DNA of 64,000 nt from contig OZ038378.1 of assembly GCA_964036045.1 (NCBI GenBank), positions 22,382,001-22,446,000 of the forward strand, given 5' to 3'. The position numbers were made by a program, and so were the translations under genes. Positions 40,655 through 53,639 of this stretch are shown here, piece by piece; the stretch's first letter is position 1, and each line of letters starts with the position of its first letter. The DNA comes from Eutreptiella sp. 'Long Island Sound 2002' (lineage: Eukaryota; Protista; Euglenida). Below the pieces are notes generated by a model. It saw only the letters and a program-made list of their open reading frames with translations, made no database searches and was not told where the DNA came from.

Positions 40655-41772
40655 AGTTGATGAAAGTGAATTGTGTTGGGTTGATTGCGACTGACAGCCG
40701 GTTGAATTAAGCTGAATAGAAATTAACTGAATTCACGTGAGCTGAATTGATTCTCACTGAGCTGGCGCGAGCTGGATTGGAACCGGGCCAACCCCAACCC
40801 AAATCCCAACCAAATTGAAGGGCAATGAGCTGAGCTGGCTTGTTGACAGCAAGTTGACATGAGCTGAATTGAATTGCGTTGTTGATTTCGATTGACCTGA
40901 ACCTTTGAAAGGAATGAAATTAGGCAATTTGAAATGAATTGACATAAAATGAACGGAAGTGTGGTGAAGTGAACTGAACAGGGAGCTGAATCCTACTGAG
41001 CTGAGCTGAATTGTGATGCATTGCCTTGCTTTGCATTGCAGTGGGTTGCACTGCTTTGCGTTGTGTTGCCTGCAGTGCACTGCACTGCACTGCACGGCCG
41101 TGCATAGCATTTCTATGCATTACAGTGGGGTGCAATGAATGCAAGCTGACCTGATTGAGTTGAGTTGAGCCCAGTTGAGTTGATGTTGTGGATTGCCTTG
41201 AATCGAATTGAATCAAGTCAATTTCTATAGACTGGAATGGAATGAAACCGAATGGAACGAGGTTACTTCAAGATCCGTACATGGTTGTGACCCCAGTCTG
41301 TGGACCCCCCCCCCTTGCTCCCACGCCCTCTTCACACCCCGGGGTCGGTGACCTTGACGTGGTGTGGGGGCCCGCCAGTTCCCTAAACTGCGCGAACAAC
41401 CCGGAAAAGGGGAGCAGAATATAAATCTTATCCTCAATCGATACCAAATAACAGTAAATATTGGACCCGTTGTGCACGCTATTCGTAGAACGACACTCTC
41501 AACCGATGGCAGTACAAATATCGGAGGCATGGGTCCACTATTACCGATGTCACTCAGGGGGGCCAACACAATGACATAGCAGTCCCTGGGTAATGTTGAT
41601 AATACAGTACACAAGTACACAGTGGAGCCGCCAAAGCCATGTGCACTACCTTGCAAGGAGTATGTACCACTCTTGCAACCAGATCAGACCACAACGGCAC
41701 TGCACTTAGTGTAACCCGTGCGGTCATTTCATGTTTCTGCCACAGTGGCTCTGTGTTCCTCGTTGAACAAAA
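40655..41772 (+). mobile_element. Longer copy of the retroposon-like unit, with a degenerate pentamer-period 5' tract and a short A tail
   Basis: TGAAT/TGAGC/TGCAC/GGAAT pentamers, then a ~560-bp block shared with 32185-32742, ending TTGAACAAAA. Confidence 0.6.
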
Positions 41773-42871
41773 CCCATGTGGCCATGCTTCTCATCCTTCT
41801 TAATCCCAGACAAAGAACACAAATGTCATCATATGTTGATCAAGTTGATCAATAGAAGCGAACAAACCTTTTTCAGTACATCATGCGTATACTTCTTATA
41901 CACGCAGACATGGAACATGTTCTTTATCATCCTACACTACTGCAATTGCTGTCGGAGTCACCCAATCGTGAGCTACAACGATTATTCACATCGTACACTG
42001 ACATGATCCCACTCCATGTATACAAAGAGGCCGAAGATGCGATGCCAGCAGCTTTCATGCCAGGACTACAATCACAGTCTCCGTGAGATGCCTTACGATG
42101 GATCACATCAGTGGGAAAGATCACGTACCTTTCCAGTGTGAATGTGTTAATGGCGCCACAAGGATACTTATTGATAGTCACGGCAGAGATCACACATGAG
42201 AAGAAGAAGGAACAAGTCGAGCATGTTCTAATAGCTCTTGCCCGGTCACCTGCTTTACTGGCGCACTTACATCTGCAGCTACCCTCGATGAGACACATAG
42301 TGGGTATGTGGGACTCGGTGTACCGGAAAAGTGAGGTCAAGAACATGTTTGGAAGGCTTTTGCAAGTCAATGGGCAAGATTTCAAAAAAGGTGAAGACGA
42401 CACTTCTAAAGAACATTTTGTTGACCCATGTGGAAAAGACACTTCCAGCGTCACTGAAAACATGTTGGTTTGAACTCCACAAGTCAAGACTACATCGCAT
42501 ACAAGAGCAGTTGTTCCGATTCCCAGAAACAATGCTCATCATAGCCAAAGCCACAATCACACGTGCGGATTACCTACAATTATATCATCACTTACTAGCA
42601 TGGGTGAGTGATACGATTTCAACGCCACACAAGCAAGCAGCTCTGAGATACACGGGAGTCATTTAGGCAATGGACAGAAGCAAAGTGCAAGAGATCATCT
42701 GCCACTCTGTTTTGGAGGTGAAGTCTGAAAATACATTTCAGGGAGCCTGGCTTGGTGAAAAGCCATCGTGGGTTACAGCCCCGGCAGTGGTTCTGCTTGG
42801 GCCGGATGTACAACACGTGGAAGTGGTGGACTGTGATAAGCCGATTGACGAAATAAAACTGAACGGAACAA
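41773..42871 (+). pseudogene. Decayed gene of unknown function, 5' part (continues at 53854 after the transposon)
   Basis: Consecutive ORFs 41883, 42111, 42331 and 42670 are joined by single stops and one frameshift. The frame runs into the transposon's left end. Confidence 0.6.
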
Positions 42872-44009
42872 CCCTTGGTACACACTAGAAGACCCAATTC
42901 CGTTCTAGCCTAGATGGCGCTAGAAGGCTAGAACAGAAAAAAGGGGCGGTTAGTCGTAAGTGGTGGGTACTTTGAAGGTTGCAACCTGGACCCCCGTATC
43001 CGTACTCGCGGGCCCATGGTTTGTTTTTCACAATTTTGCTGTTTTCACCTGAATTCGGAGTGGAAAAAAGATTCATTCTAGCGGCGTTCTAACGACGTTC
43101 TCGCGAGCGCCGCTAGACTCGCTAGATTGTCGCTAGAACGCTTCGCTAGAGCGACGCTAGAACGATATATATTATTGCTCTGCGACTCCTCAAAGAGAAG
43201 CTACCCCGGCTACCATGGCAGGCCGCGGCCAATCACAGGGTCGCCATGCTAGACCTGACTCACAGAGCGCCGGGTCCCCCCCCCCCCCCCCCGGTTAGCC
43301 CGGTTAGCCCCCCACCCCATAGGTCACTTGGAAGGTCCCTTGGTGGGCTAGTGCCGGGTCAATTGGTGGTGGGTTAGCCCGTTGGGCCCGGTTATCCGCA
43401 GTAGCCCCGCAGCTCCCAGGCCTCCCTACCAGGCCCCCTACCAGGTCAGCCCAGGGCCCGTCCCTGCCACCCCCCGAGGGCACCCCCCGAGGGAGACGGT
43501 GCTGTGCTGTGAGGGACAGGACGCCTCCCTTGTCGTGCACCCCCTCCCCCCCCCCCACCGGGGGCTTTCAGGTGCAGTGTTGCATGCTGGGTTTGCGTCA
43601 TAGCGCCCTAAGACCGCCCCGCACAGGGCCCCGACGCCCGTGCTCCTTGGAGCTCGCCGTCAATCGCTGCTTCGGCTATGCGTTGCTGGCCATGGTGATG
43701 GTCATGCTCAGCTGGCTGTGTTGTTGCTGCTGCATGCAGCAAGAACAGGAATGCCGACGTGGTTGTTGCCGGCCTAGGCAGCATGCAGGCGTGCCAGGCC
43801 GGACCTTGGTCGTCGTGCGGAGCGAGTGTTGTAGCTGCGCCTAGGTGCAGACCTGTTTTGGTGCCGCAACCGGATGTGCTCCTCAACTGTGTAGAGGGTG
43901 TCGCTAACCTCGCCACCATGTTGACGTGCAGGGCTGGGCCCTCGTCCTATCGCTGGCCTGGTCCGGGTTCCACCGATGCTTGTGCTGCTACTTCGTGTGG
44001 GGCTTGGCC

Positions 44010-47000
44010 CCTCACGCCCTTGGCCCGTGAAGTCGCCATGGGGCTGGGCCCCTGCAAAGTGCCGTGGGGCTAGGCCCTTGAATTCGCCGTGGGGCTAGGC
44101 CCCTGAAGTTGCCGTGAGGTTGGGCCCCTGAAATTGCCGAGGGGGTGGGCCCCTGAAGTCGCCGAGGGGCTTGCCCCCTAAAGTTGCGGTGGGGCTGGGA
44201 CCGTGAAGTCACTGTGGGGCTGGGCCCTTCAAATCGCCGTGGGGCTGGGCTCGTGAAGTCGCCGTGGGGCTAGGCCCCTGAATTCGCCGTGGGGCTGGGC
44301 CCCAAAAGTTGCCGTGGGGCTTCGCCTGTGAAGTCGCTGTGGGGCTAGGCCCTTGAAGTCACCGTGGGGCTAGGCCCTTGAAATGGCCGAGGGGGTGGGC
44401 CCCCGAAGTCGCCGAGGGGGTGGGCCCTTGAAGTTGCCGTGGGGGTGGGCCCCGAAATTCGCCGTGGGGCTGGGCCCCTGAAGTTGCTGTGGGGCTGGGA
44501 CCGTGAAGTCACTGTGGGGCTGGGCCCTTGAAATCGCCGTGGGGCTGGGCTCGTGAAGTCGCCGTGGGGCTAGGCCCCCGAACTCGCCGTGGGGCTCGGC
44601 CCCAAAAGTTGCCGTGGGGCTTCGCCTGTGAAGTCGCCGTGGGGCTAGGCCCCTGAAGTCACTGTGGGGCTAGGCCACTGAAATCACCGAGGGGGTGGGC
44701 CCCCGAAGTCGCCAAGGGGGTGGACCCTTGAAGTTGCCGTGGGGCTTGGAACGTGAAGTCACTGTGGGGCTGGGCCCTTGAAATCGCCGTGGGGCTGGGC
44801 TCGTGAAGTCGCCGTGGGGCTAGGCCCCTGAATTCGCCGTGGGGCTCGGCCCCAAAAGTTGCCGTGGGGCTTCCCCTGTGAAGTCGCCGTGGGGCTAGGC
44901 CCCTGAAGTCACTGTGGGGCTAGGCCACTGAAATCACTGACGGGGTGGGCCCCCGAAGTCGCCGAGGGGGTGGGCCCTTGAAGTTGCCGTGGGGGTGGGC
45001 CCCTGAATTCGTCGTGGGGCTGCTCCCCTGAAGTTACCATGGGGCTGGGACCGTGAAGTCACTGTGGGGCTGGGCCCTTGAAATCGCCGTGGGGCTAGGC
45101 TCGTGAAGTCGCCGTGGGGATAGGCCCCTGAAGTCGCCGTGGGGCTAGGCCCCTGAAGTCACCGTGGGGCTGGGCCCCTGAAATCGCCGAGTGGGTGGGC
45201 CCTTGAAGTCGCCGAGGGGGTGGGCCCTTGAAGTTGCCGTGGGGGTGGGCCCCTGAATTCGCCGTGGGGCTGGGCCCCTGAAGTTGCCGTGGGGCTGGGC
45301 CCTCGAAATTGCCGTGGGGCTGGGCCCTTGAAATCGCCGTGGGGCTAGGCACATGAAGTCGCCGTGGGGCTACGCCCCTAAATTAGCCGTGAGGCTGGGC
45401 CCCGGAAGTTGCCGTGGGGTTTGGCCCCTACAGTCGCCGTGTGGCTGGGCCCTTGAAATTGTCGTGGGGCTCGGCCCCTGAAGTCACCATGGGGCTAGGC
45501 CCCCGTAGGTGTCGTGGGGCCGGGCCCCTGAAATCGCCGTGGGGCTAGGGCCCTGAAATGGCCATTGGGCTGGCCCCTTGAAGTCGCCGTGGGGTTGGGC
45601 CCGTGAAGTCGCCGTGGGGCTAGCCCCCTGAATTCGCCGTCGGGCTGGGGCCCTGAAATCACCGTGGGGCTGGTCCCCTGAAGTAGCCGCGGGGCCGGGC
45701 TCCTGAAGTCGCCCCGGGGTTGGGCCCCTGAAATTGCCTTGGGGCTGAGCCCCTGAAGTTGCCGCGGGGCCGGGCTCCTGAAGTCGCCGCGGGGTTGGGC
45801 CCCTCGAATTGCCGTGGGCCTAGGCCCCTGCAGTCGCCGTGGGGCTGGCCCCTAAAGTCGCCGTGGGGCAGGGCTCCTAATGTCGCCGCGGGGCTAGGCC
45901 CCGACAATCGCCGTGGGGCTAGGCCCTTGAAGTCGCTGCGGGGCGGGGCCCCTGAATTCGCCGCGGGGCTGGGCCCCTGAAGTCGCCGCGGGGCCGGGCC
46001 CTCGAAATCGCCGAGGGGCTGGGCCCCCGAAGTCGCCGCGGGGCTGGGCCCCCTAAAGTCCGCGCAGGGTGGGTCTCTCACATTGCCGTGGGTCCGGGCC
46101 CCTACAGTCGCCGCGGGGCTGACCTCTGAAGTCGTCGTGGGGCCGGGCCACTGAAGTTGCCGTGGGGTTTGGCCCCTGAAGTCGCCACAAGGCCGGGCCC
46201 TTGAAATCGCCGCGGGGCTGGGCCCCTGAAGTTGCCGTGGGGCTGGGCCCCTGAAGTCGGCGCAGGGCTGGGTCTCTGAAATTGCCGTGGGCCTGGGCCG
46301 CTGCGGTCGCCCCGGGGCAGGCCCTTGAAGTCGTCGTGGGGCTAGGCCACTGAAGTCGCCATGGGGCTGGGCCCCCGAAGTTGCCGCGGGGCTAGGCCCC
46401 TAAATTCGATGTGGGGCTGGGCCCCTAAAGTCGCTCTAGGGCTTGGCCCTTGAAGTCGCCTTGGGGCTGGCCCATGAATTCGCCGCGGGGCCGGGCCCCC
46501 GAAGTCATCGCGGGGCCAGGCCATTGAAATCGCCGCGGGGCTGGGCCCTTGAAATTGCCGTGGGGCTGGGCCACCGAAGTCGCCATGGGGCCGGGCCCCT
46601 GAAGTCGCCGCGGGGCTGGGCCCCTAAAATTACCGTGGGCTTGGACCCTTGCAGCTACCGTGGGGTGGCCCCTGAAGTCGCCGTGGGGCTGGGACTCTAC
46701 AGTCGCCTTGGGGCTGGCCCCTAAAGTCACCGTGGGGTTCGGCCCCTCCAGTCGTCGCGGAGCTTGGCCCGTGAAATTGCCGCGGGGCTGGGCCCCAGCA
46801 GTTGCCATGGGGCTAGGCCCCTCAATTCGCCGTGGGGCCGGGCCCCTGAAATCGTTCGGCGTCCTATCGTCAGCCTGGTCTGGGGGCCGCCAATGCTGAA
46901 GTTGCTCCGGGGCTGGGCACGTGAGGTTGCCGTGTGGCTGGGCCCCTGAAGTGGCCGCATGTCCGGGCCCTTGTCGTTGGGCTCGTCCGGGTGCCGGAGA

Positions 47001-49470
47001 TGCTCTACTGCTGCTTTGTGAAGTCGCTGTGGGGTTGGGCCCTTGAAAACGCCGCGGGGATGGCCCCCTGAAACTGCCCTCGGGCTGGGCCCTTGAAATC
47101 GCCGCGGGGATGGCCCCCTGAAACTGCCCTGGGGCTAGCCCTTGAAGTCGCCGTGGGGCTAGACCCCTAAAATTGCCATGGAGCTGGGCCCCTGAAATCG
47201 CTGTGGGGCTGGGCCCTGGAAATTGCCGTGGGGTTGGGCCCTTGCAGTTGCCGTGGGGCTGGGCCCCTGAAGTTGCCATGGGGCTGGGCCCCTGAAATCA
47301 CCGTGGGGCTGGGCCCCGGAATTTGCCGTGGGGCTAGGCCCGTGAATTACCGTGGGCCGGGCCCTTGAAGTTGCCCTGGGGATGGCCCCCTAAAAATTGC
47401 CGTGGGGCTGGGCCCGTGAAATTGCCATGGGGCTGGGCCCCTGAAATTGCTTTGGGGCTGAGCCCCGGAAATTGCCGTGGGGTTGGGCCCTTGAAGTTGC
47501 CATGGGGCTGGGCCCCTGAAATCGCCGTGCGGCTAGGCCCCGGAAATTGCCGTGGGGCTAGGCCCGTGAATTTACCGTGGGGCCGGGCCCTTGAAGTTGC
47601 CGTGGGGATGGCCCCCTAAAAATTGCCGTGGGGCTGGGCCCCTGAAATGGCCGTGGGGCCGGGCCCCTGAAATTGCCCTGGGGCTAGGCCCTTGAAGTCG
47701 ACATGGTGTTGGGCCCCTGAAATTGTCGTGGGGTTGGGCCCTTGCAGTTGCCCTGGGGCTGGGCCCGTGAAGTTGCCATGGGGCTGGGCCCCTGAAATCA
47801 CCGTGGGGCTGGGCCCCGGAATTTGCCGTGGGGCTAGGTCCGTGAATCACCGTGGGGCTGGGCCCTTGAAGTTGCCGTGGGGATGGCCCCCTAAAAATTG
47901 CCGTGGGGCTTGGCCCGTGAAATTGCCATGGGGCTGGGCCCCTGAAATCGCTTTGGGGCTGGGCCCCGGAAATTGCCGTGGGGTTGGGCCCTTGAAGTTG
48001 CCATGGGGCTGGGCCCCTGAAATCGCCGTGCGGCTAGGCCCCGGAAATTGCCGTGGGGCTAGGCCCGTGAATTTACCGTGGGGCCGGGCCCTTGAAGTTG
48101 CCGTGGGGCTAGACCCCTGAAATTGCCATGGAGCTGGGCCCCTGAAATCGCTGTGAGGCTGGGCCCTGGAAATTGCCGTGGGGTTGGGCCCTTGCAGTTG
48201 CCGTGGGGCTGGGCCCCTGAAGTTGCCATGGGGCTGGGCCCCTGAAATCACCGTGGGGCTGGGCCCCTAAAATCACCGTGGGGCTGGGCCCCGGAATTAC
48301 CGTGGGGCTAGGCCCGTGAATTACCGTGGGGCTGGGCCCTTGAAGTTGCCGTGGGGATGGCCCCCTAAAAATTGCCGTGGGGCTGGGCCCGTGAAATTGC
48401 CATGGGGCTGGGCCCCTGAAATCGCTTTGGGGCTGGGCCCCGGAAATTGCCGTGGGGTTGGGCCCTTGAAGTTGCCATGGGGCTGGGCCCCTGAAATCGC
48501 CGTGCGGCTAGGCCCCGGAAATTGCCGTGGGGCTAGGCCCGTGAATTTACCGTGGGGCCGGGCCCTTGAAGTTGCCGTGGGGCTAGACCCCTGAAATTGC
48601 CATGGAGCTGGGCCCCTGAAAATCGCTGTGGGGCTGGGCCTTGGAAATTGCCGTGGGGTTGGGCCTTTGCAGTTGCCGTGGGGCTGGGCCCCTGAAGTTG
48701 CCATGGGGCTGGGCCCCTGAAATCACCGTGGGGCTGGGCCCCGGAATTTGCCGTGGGGCTAGGCCCGTGAATTACCGTGGGGCTGGGCCCTTGAAGTTGC
48801 CGTGGGGATGGCCCCCTAAAAACTGCCGTGGGGCTGGGCCCGTGAAATTGCCATGGGGCTGGGCCCCTGAAATCGCTGTGGGTCTGGGCCCCGGAAATTG
48901 CCGTGGGGTTGGGCCCTTGCAGTTGCCGTGGGGATGGGCCCCTGAAGCTGCCATGGGGCTGGGCCCCTGAAATCGTTGTGGGGATGGCCCCCTAAAATTG
49001 GCGTGGGGCTGGGCCCCTGAAATCGCCGTGGGGATGGCCCCCTCAAATTGCCCTAGGGCTAGGCCCTTGAAGTTGCCGTGGGGCTGGGCCCCTGAAATTG
49101 CCATCGGGCTGGGCCCCTGAAGTCGCCGCGGGCTGGGCCCTTAAAGTTGCCGTTGGGTTGCGCCCCTGAAATTGTTGTGCGGCCTCCTATCGTCGGCCTG
49201 GTCTGGGTCCTGCGGATGTTGTGCTGCTGCTTTGTGAAGTTGCCATGGGGCCGGGCACCTGAGGTCGTGTGGCTGGGTCCCTGAAGTGGCTGCGTGGCCG
49301 GGCCCCTGATGTTGGCCTGGTCTGGATGCCGGAGATACTCTGCTGCTGCTTTGTGAGGCTGTTGTGGGGCTGGCCCCTGCAGGCGCCGTGGGGCGGGGCC
49401 CCCGAAATCGCCGCGGGGTTGGGCCCCTGATGTTGCCGCGGGGCTAGGGCCCCGGAAGCCGTTGTGGCTT
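44010..49470. repeat. 25-bp minisatellite (consensus ~GTCGCCGTGGGGCTGGGCCCCTGAA), ~200 copies with higher-order blocks, inside the transposon
   Basis: Direct reading. Higher-order periods are ~250-300 bp (44.2-45.1 kb) and ~450-500 bp (47.4-48.8 kb). Confidence 0.95.
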
Positions 49471-50559
49471 TTGGCCTCTGACATCGTGTTGGCGGCAGGT
49501 GCATCAAGCGGGCCTGCTTAGACTGCTCCAATCAGTGTGCAGCTCCCGGAGGACCTAAACGGATGTGTTTTGTTTTCAAGCAGATCGTGCGTCGTGTAGT
49601 GTTTTCTGGCCGGCGCGGCACACATGACTTCATTAATGGATGCGCCGCTTCCGGAGGACCCGCCCCACCCAGGGTCCGTCGCACTAAAGCTAGGAGAGTC
49701 CAACCCAACCCAAGTCAACCCCGAGCCCCAATTTCGCGAGTCGTGACACGCAAGCTACGCCTCTTGTGTGGTGGGGCGCATCCTTGCTCCCAGCACCCCC
49801 CTTTTGACCCCCTGTGTCTCCTTCCTACTAACCCTAACCTTCCCGAACCGCTTTTGTCACCCCCCTCCCCACCCCCTTGTCACCCCCCTCCCTCTTGTCG
49901 CCCCCCTCCTCCAAGGCCTCCCGGAGGTGGGCCTCCGCCTCCACCCGGGTGCGGAAGAGGAGCTCCGCCGGCACTCGGAAGGTGCCCCCCTCTTTCCGTA
50001 TCTTCCTCTTCTTCCCCTTTTTCCCCTTCTCCCCCCCCGCGCCCCAGTGGACCGCTGCGACACCACCCACCAGTCCCTTGGGTCCAGCTCCTCATCCCAA
50101 TCCCTCGACAGCGTCCCTTGGCTGACGGTCCCCCGGTTGCCCTCCTCCACGCAAGGGACATGCCGGGTGTTCCCCACACCCGGCACATTCCCATGGGGGT
50201 CACGGCCCCTATTTTCCAAGGGTTCGGCTTGGGTGGGGCGGGGGGCTTGGCCTTGGCCTTGGGCTTGGGATGTGGTTCGGGGGGGGGATTGGGGGGGGCT
50301 CCTTCCCCACTACTCTCGAAGTGGCGGGGCTTCTTGGGCTTTCTCGGCGCCTTTGGGGGGGGGGCTTGGGGAACTTAGGCGGGGGGGGGGGGGGGGCTTC
50401 CCACCGCTGCTGGTCCTGCATCTGCTGCTAGTGCTGCTGGTGCTGCTGGTGCTGCTGCTACTCCGCCTGCTGCTGCTATTGCTGCTGGTGCCCCCCCCCT
50501 CCCCCACCTTAACCCAACCCCTGCGCTACGGTTTCATCTCCCTCCCCCCCCCGCTCCTG

Positions 50560-51728
50560 CCCAACTCCCACCTACCCAACGTGTACAGCAGTGAGAGGGC
50601 CATATTGGGTCACTCCTCAACATGCGGCCCAGCTCGGTGACCCCCATGTGGTGCGTCCGGCCCTCTCCATCGCGCCACTCGACCCGCACCCCGCGGGGGT
50701 CCCCACCGCACGATTGCAGGCCGATGACATGTGAGAAGAGAAACAAAAGGTAGATGTGTTCTAGCAACGTTCTAGGCAACTATTCTAGCGACGTTCTAGC
50801 GACGTTCTAGCGGCAGCGGCGGCGGTTTGGCTAGATCAACGCTAGAACGCTTCCGTAGATCAACTCTAGAACGCACACAGCATACGGTGCCTTGTGTGTC
50901 GAGGGTGGTGCGGATTGCCTCCAGGGCATTGGTGAAGGCATCCAGGGGGTTGGGGGGGGTGCGGCTGCGGGGATCCCCCGGCTTCGGGGTTGCTGGGGGT
51001 CTTGGGCTTGGGCTTGGGGCGGGAGGCGGTGCCGTGCACCAAGGAGGCATACGCCCCCTTGTTGGCTGCCGACGGGTCGAAGCCCCCAACCCCCATGATA
51101 TCCGACCACGTCGGAGAGCACTCCCACGTCCTCCCAGCTACCTGCATACCCCCAGCCCTATGGCCCCCCAGCAATGACCCAGGAACCAGAAATGCCCTCC
51201 CCCCCCCTTTTCGATGTGGGGGTGAAGACGTTGAATTGGGCCATTCCAAAAATCTTCACCCCATTGTCGGAACGGGGGGCCACTGGTCCGCGTTCCCCTT
51301 CCCGGTCCAGTTCCCTTCCCTTTCCCTTCCCCTCGCCCCCCACCTCCACCTCCACCACCTTCGCCACCTCCTCCGTGTCCTCTTTTACCGCCGCAGCGGA
51401 TTTCTTGGCGGAGCGGGGGTGAGGGGGTGGCAAGAGACGAGGAGGAAGCTGGCCTTGGGGTTGGGGCTCGGGCTGGGGCTGGGGTTGGGATTGCATGCTG
51501 GAGCAGCTGTGCCAGCAAGTCGGCGGTATGGTGTTCCTAAGCAAAAACACGCGGCACCGTTCGAGCGACGTTGTAGGCAACTGTTCCAGTGGCATTCTAG
51601 CGACGTTCTAGCGACCGATTGCGCTGCCTAGATCAACACTACAACGCTTCCGTACATCAGCGCTAAAACACAAGGCAAAATACTTGCTCAATGATGTGCT
51701 CGATGAGCTCGGCATTTGAACTGGCCAT
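50560..51728 (-). pseudogene. Second (accessory) gene of the CMC-like element, spliced and decayed
   Basis: ATG at 51728 gives MASSNAELIEHIIEQ. A GT-AG intron at 51683..51537 joins it in phase 0 to EHHTADLLAQ. A further GTATGC donor lies near 50885. The 3' end is uncertain. Confidence 0.5.
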
Positions 51729-51744
51729 GATGATGAGGAGCGCT

Positions 51745-53639
51745 CTATCCAAGGGAAGCCTGCATGTGGCCCTGGCTCCTCCTCACCTTCATGGCATCCC
51801 TACCCGAGCATGGAACTTGCGGCCGTGGCCCCCCGTGCGCATCCCAAGACACATTGAAATATGCAAAAAGCCAAGTAATACATTTTGCTTGCACACTGGC
51901 CCCCCTTGTGGATGGCCGACCATTTCCGCCCTGAAACCTCATCCACATCCTTCCCCCTAACCCCCCCCCCCCCGATTGTGCTCGTTATGCCCACATTTCA
52001 GAAAGCGGTTGATACTTTCTAAAAATGTCGCCACAAAACATGGCCAACCCAAATGGCCAAATGTTGTGCAACATGGCCTCTACATCATGCTCACGGCTGA
52101 GTAGATACCATGATGCCGTACCATGGGTGCAGTGACGGCAAAAATCCTGTGCCTGTGGCACATTTCACCAGGTTGGGACCCTGATATGTACAATAGAGGG
52201 CCTGCAGCAGGTCCCACATGTTCGCGGCGGCCTTGTACTTGGCCGCGCCTCGCCTAATGCCAAGGCACCTAGCAATATCACGCCATGCTTCAAAAAATTG
52301 GCCGTTTCTTCCCCATCTTGGGAAGCTGCCCCGTAAATTTTCCAACCCGCACGCCTCTTCGACAGGAGGACTTGGGGGTCTTGCCGGAGCGAAGGGGTGA
52401 CCCCCCTAGCCTCCTGGTCAACAAACTCCCCCAACAAGTGGCCCATGGCCATCATCAAGTGCAAAATGCACAACACGACGAGGCACGTGACAATTTCGAA
52501 ATCGGTTCCATGCTGCAACCGGCAGCTTGCAAAGAAGGGGTCCCAAGGAGGAAGGCCATGTAAGGGGCCTCATCACCCTCCCTGGTCCGCGGGATAGCAC
52601 TACCCTCCCAAGTCTTCTTTTGGGTGTTCCATGTCCCCTTGTTGAACATGTAGACCACTTGGGGGCATGTGGACACCCTGATCACCCTCCGTGTTCACGG
52701 TTGATCCCTCCCGAGGATCACCTTTGCCTCCTCTTTGGAGGCCCCCCATAGGACGAGGCCCGTGTCGATGATCTCTTTAATCACCTAAACACGAGACATT
52801 GCCGGTGGTGCATTTCGTTGTACTCTAGTCTAGCCAAGCTTGTAGCGACCGGTGTCCGAGGCTAACTAGAACAAAACTAGAATGAGTGAAAGGCACTAGA
52901 TGAGAAGAACCTCCCAATTGCTCTTCCACAACGTCCCAAGGGTGTCCATCGCCTTGTCATCGCAATTGGCCATGCTCAACACCCAAAGGCCCGCTGGGGA
53001 GCAGGCCAAGCGGTCGAAATTGTCCAAGGAGATGGTGAGTCGGGTCCAATTGCCCCCGGCCACGGGGTAGGCACCCCCCCGGAAGATGAATGTCAATGGC
53101 AAGGAAACGATGGATTGACCCCACCAAACCCGGCCGGGAGTGGATGTACTTGACCCATGAGGCGAAGGGCCATGAGATCCCGGTGGCCTTGTGTCATCCA
53201 ATTGCACGGGGACGACCAAATCCTTCCAACGAGCTTGGAAGTCCGGCTCGGTGCAAATCCGCCGGGAGTAGGGGCCACGGGGGACGGTGCGGTGGTACTC
53301 CAACTTGCGGTGCCTCCACGAGGACTCGGGGGCCCTCAAGTTGACCACAAGTTCACACATGGCAGTGGGGAGCAGTAGGGAGGCGGTGTATGCCTCAACG
53401 GCGGCCTTGCATGCCTCACCCGTAGTTTGGATGGAAGTGGCGTTGTTCGCATGTTGGACGGTGTTGTTGAATTGCTGCTGTGCTAAGGGGCATGATAGCG
53501 CCCACCTGGCCAAGTAATGGCCCACCCGCTCATCCTTGAGGCCAGAAGCCCCACTCAAGTCCCGTCGTGCCTTAGACAATAGGGAAGTATCCTCCCCGGT
53601 TGGGGAGGGAGCAAGGGGGGAAGTGGAGGGACATTTCAT
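51745..53639 (-). pseudogene. DDE transposase, Chapaev/Transib/RAG-like, frameshifted
   Basis: Exon 1 (53639-52911) is followed by GT-AG intron 52910..52785 and exon 2. Motifs are CILHLMM (CxxH) and GLAMFCGDI[fs]ESINRFLK...HNRGGG (catalytic E region). There are several frameshifts. Confidence 0.7.

Noticed and set aside
44010-49470. CRISPR-like array
   Set aside because: Monomers are head-to-tail with no unique spacers, there are no cas genes, and the context is eukaryotic.
44012-49484. Many ORFs with a 25-aa repeat (GAQPHGNFRGPAPRRFQGPSPTAIS), up to 284 aa
   Set aside because: This is the expected by-product of a 25-nt GC-rich monomer read through three units. Frames break wherever 24-nt monomers occur.
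49563-50640. Pro/Gly/Leu-rich ORFs on both strands
   Set aside because: Low-complexity sequence with homopolymer runs. It may be a decayed minus-strand tail of the accessory gene, but no call is supportable.
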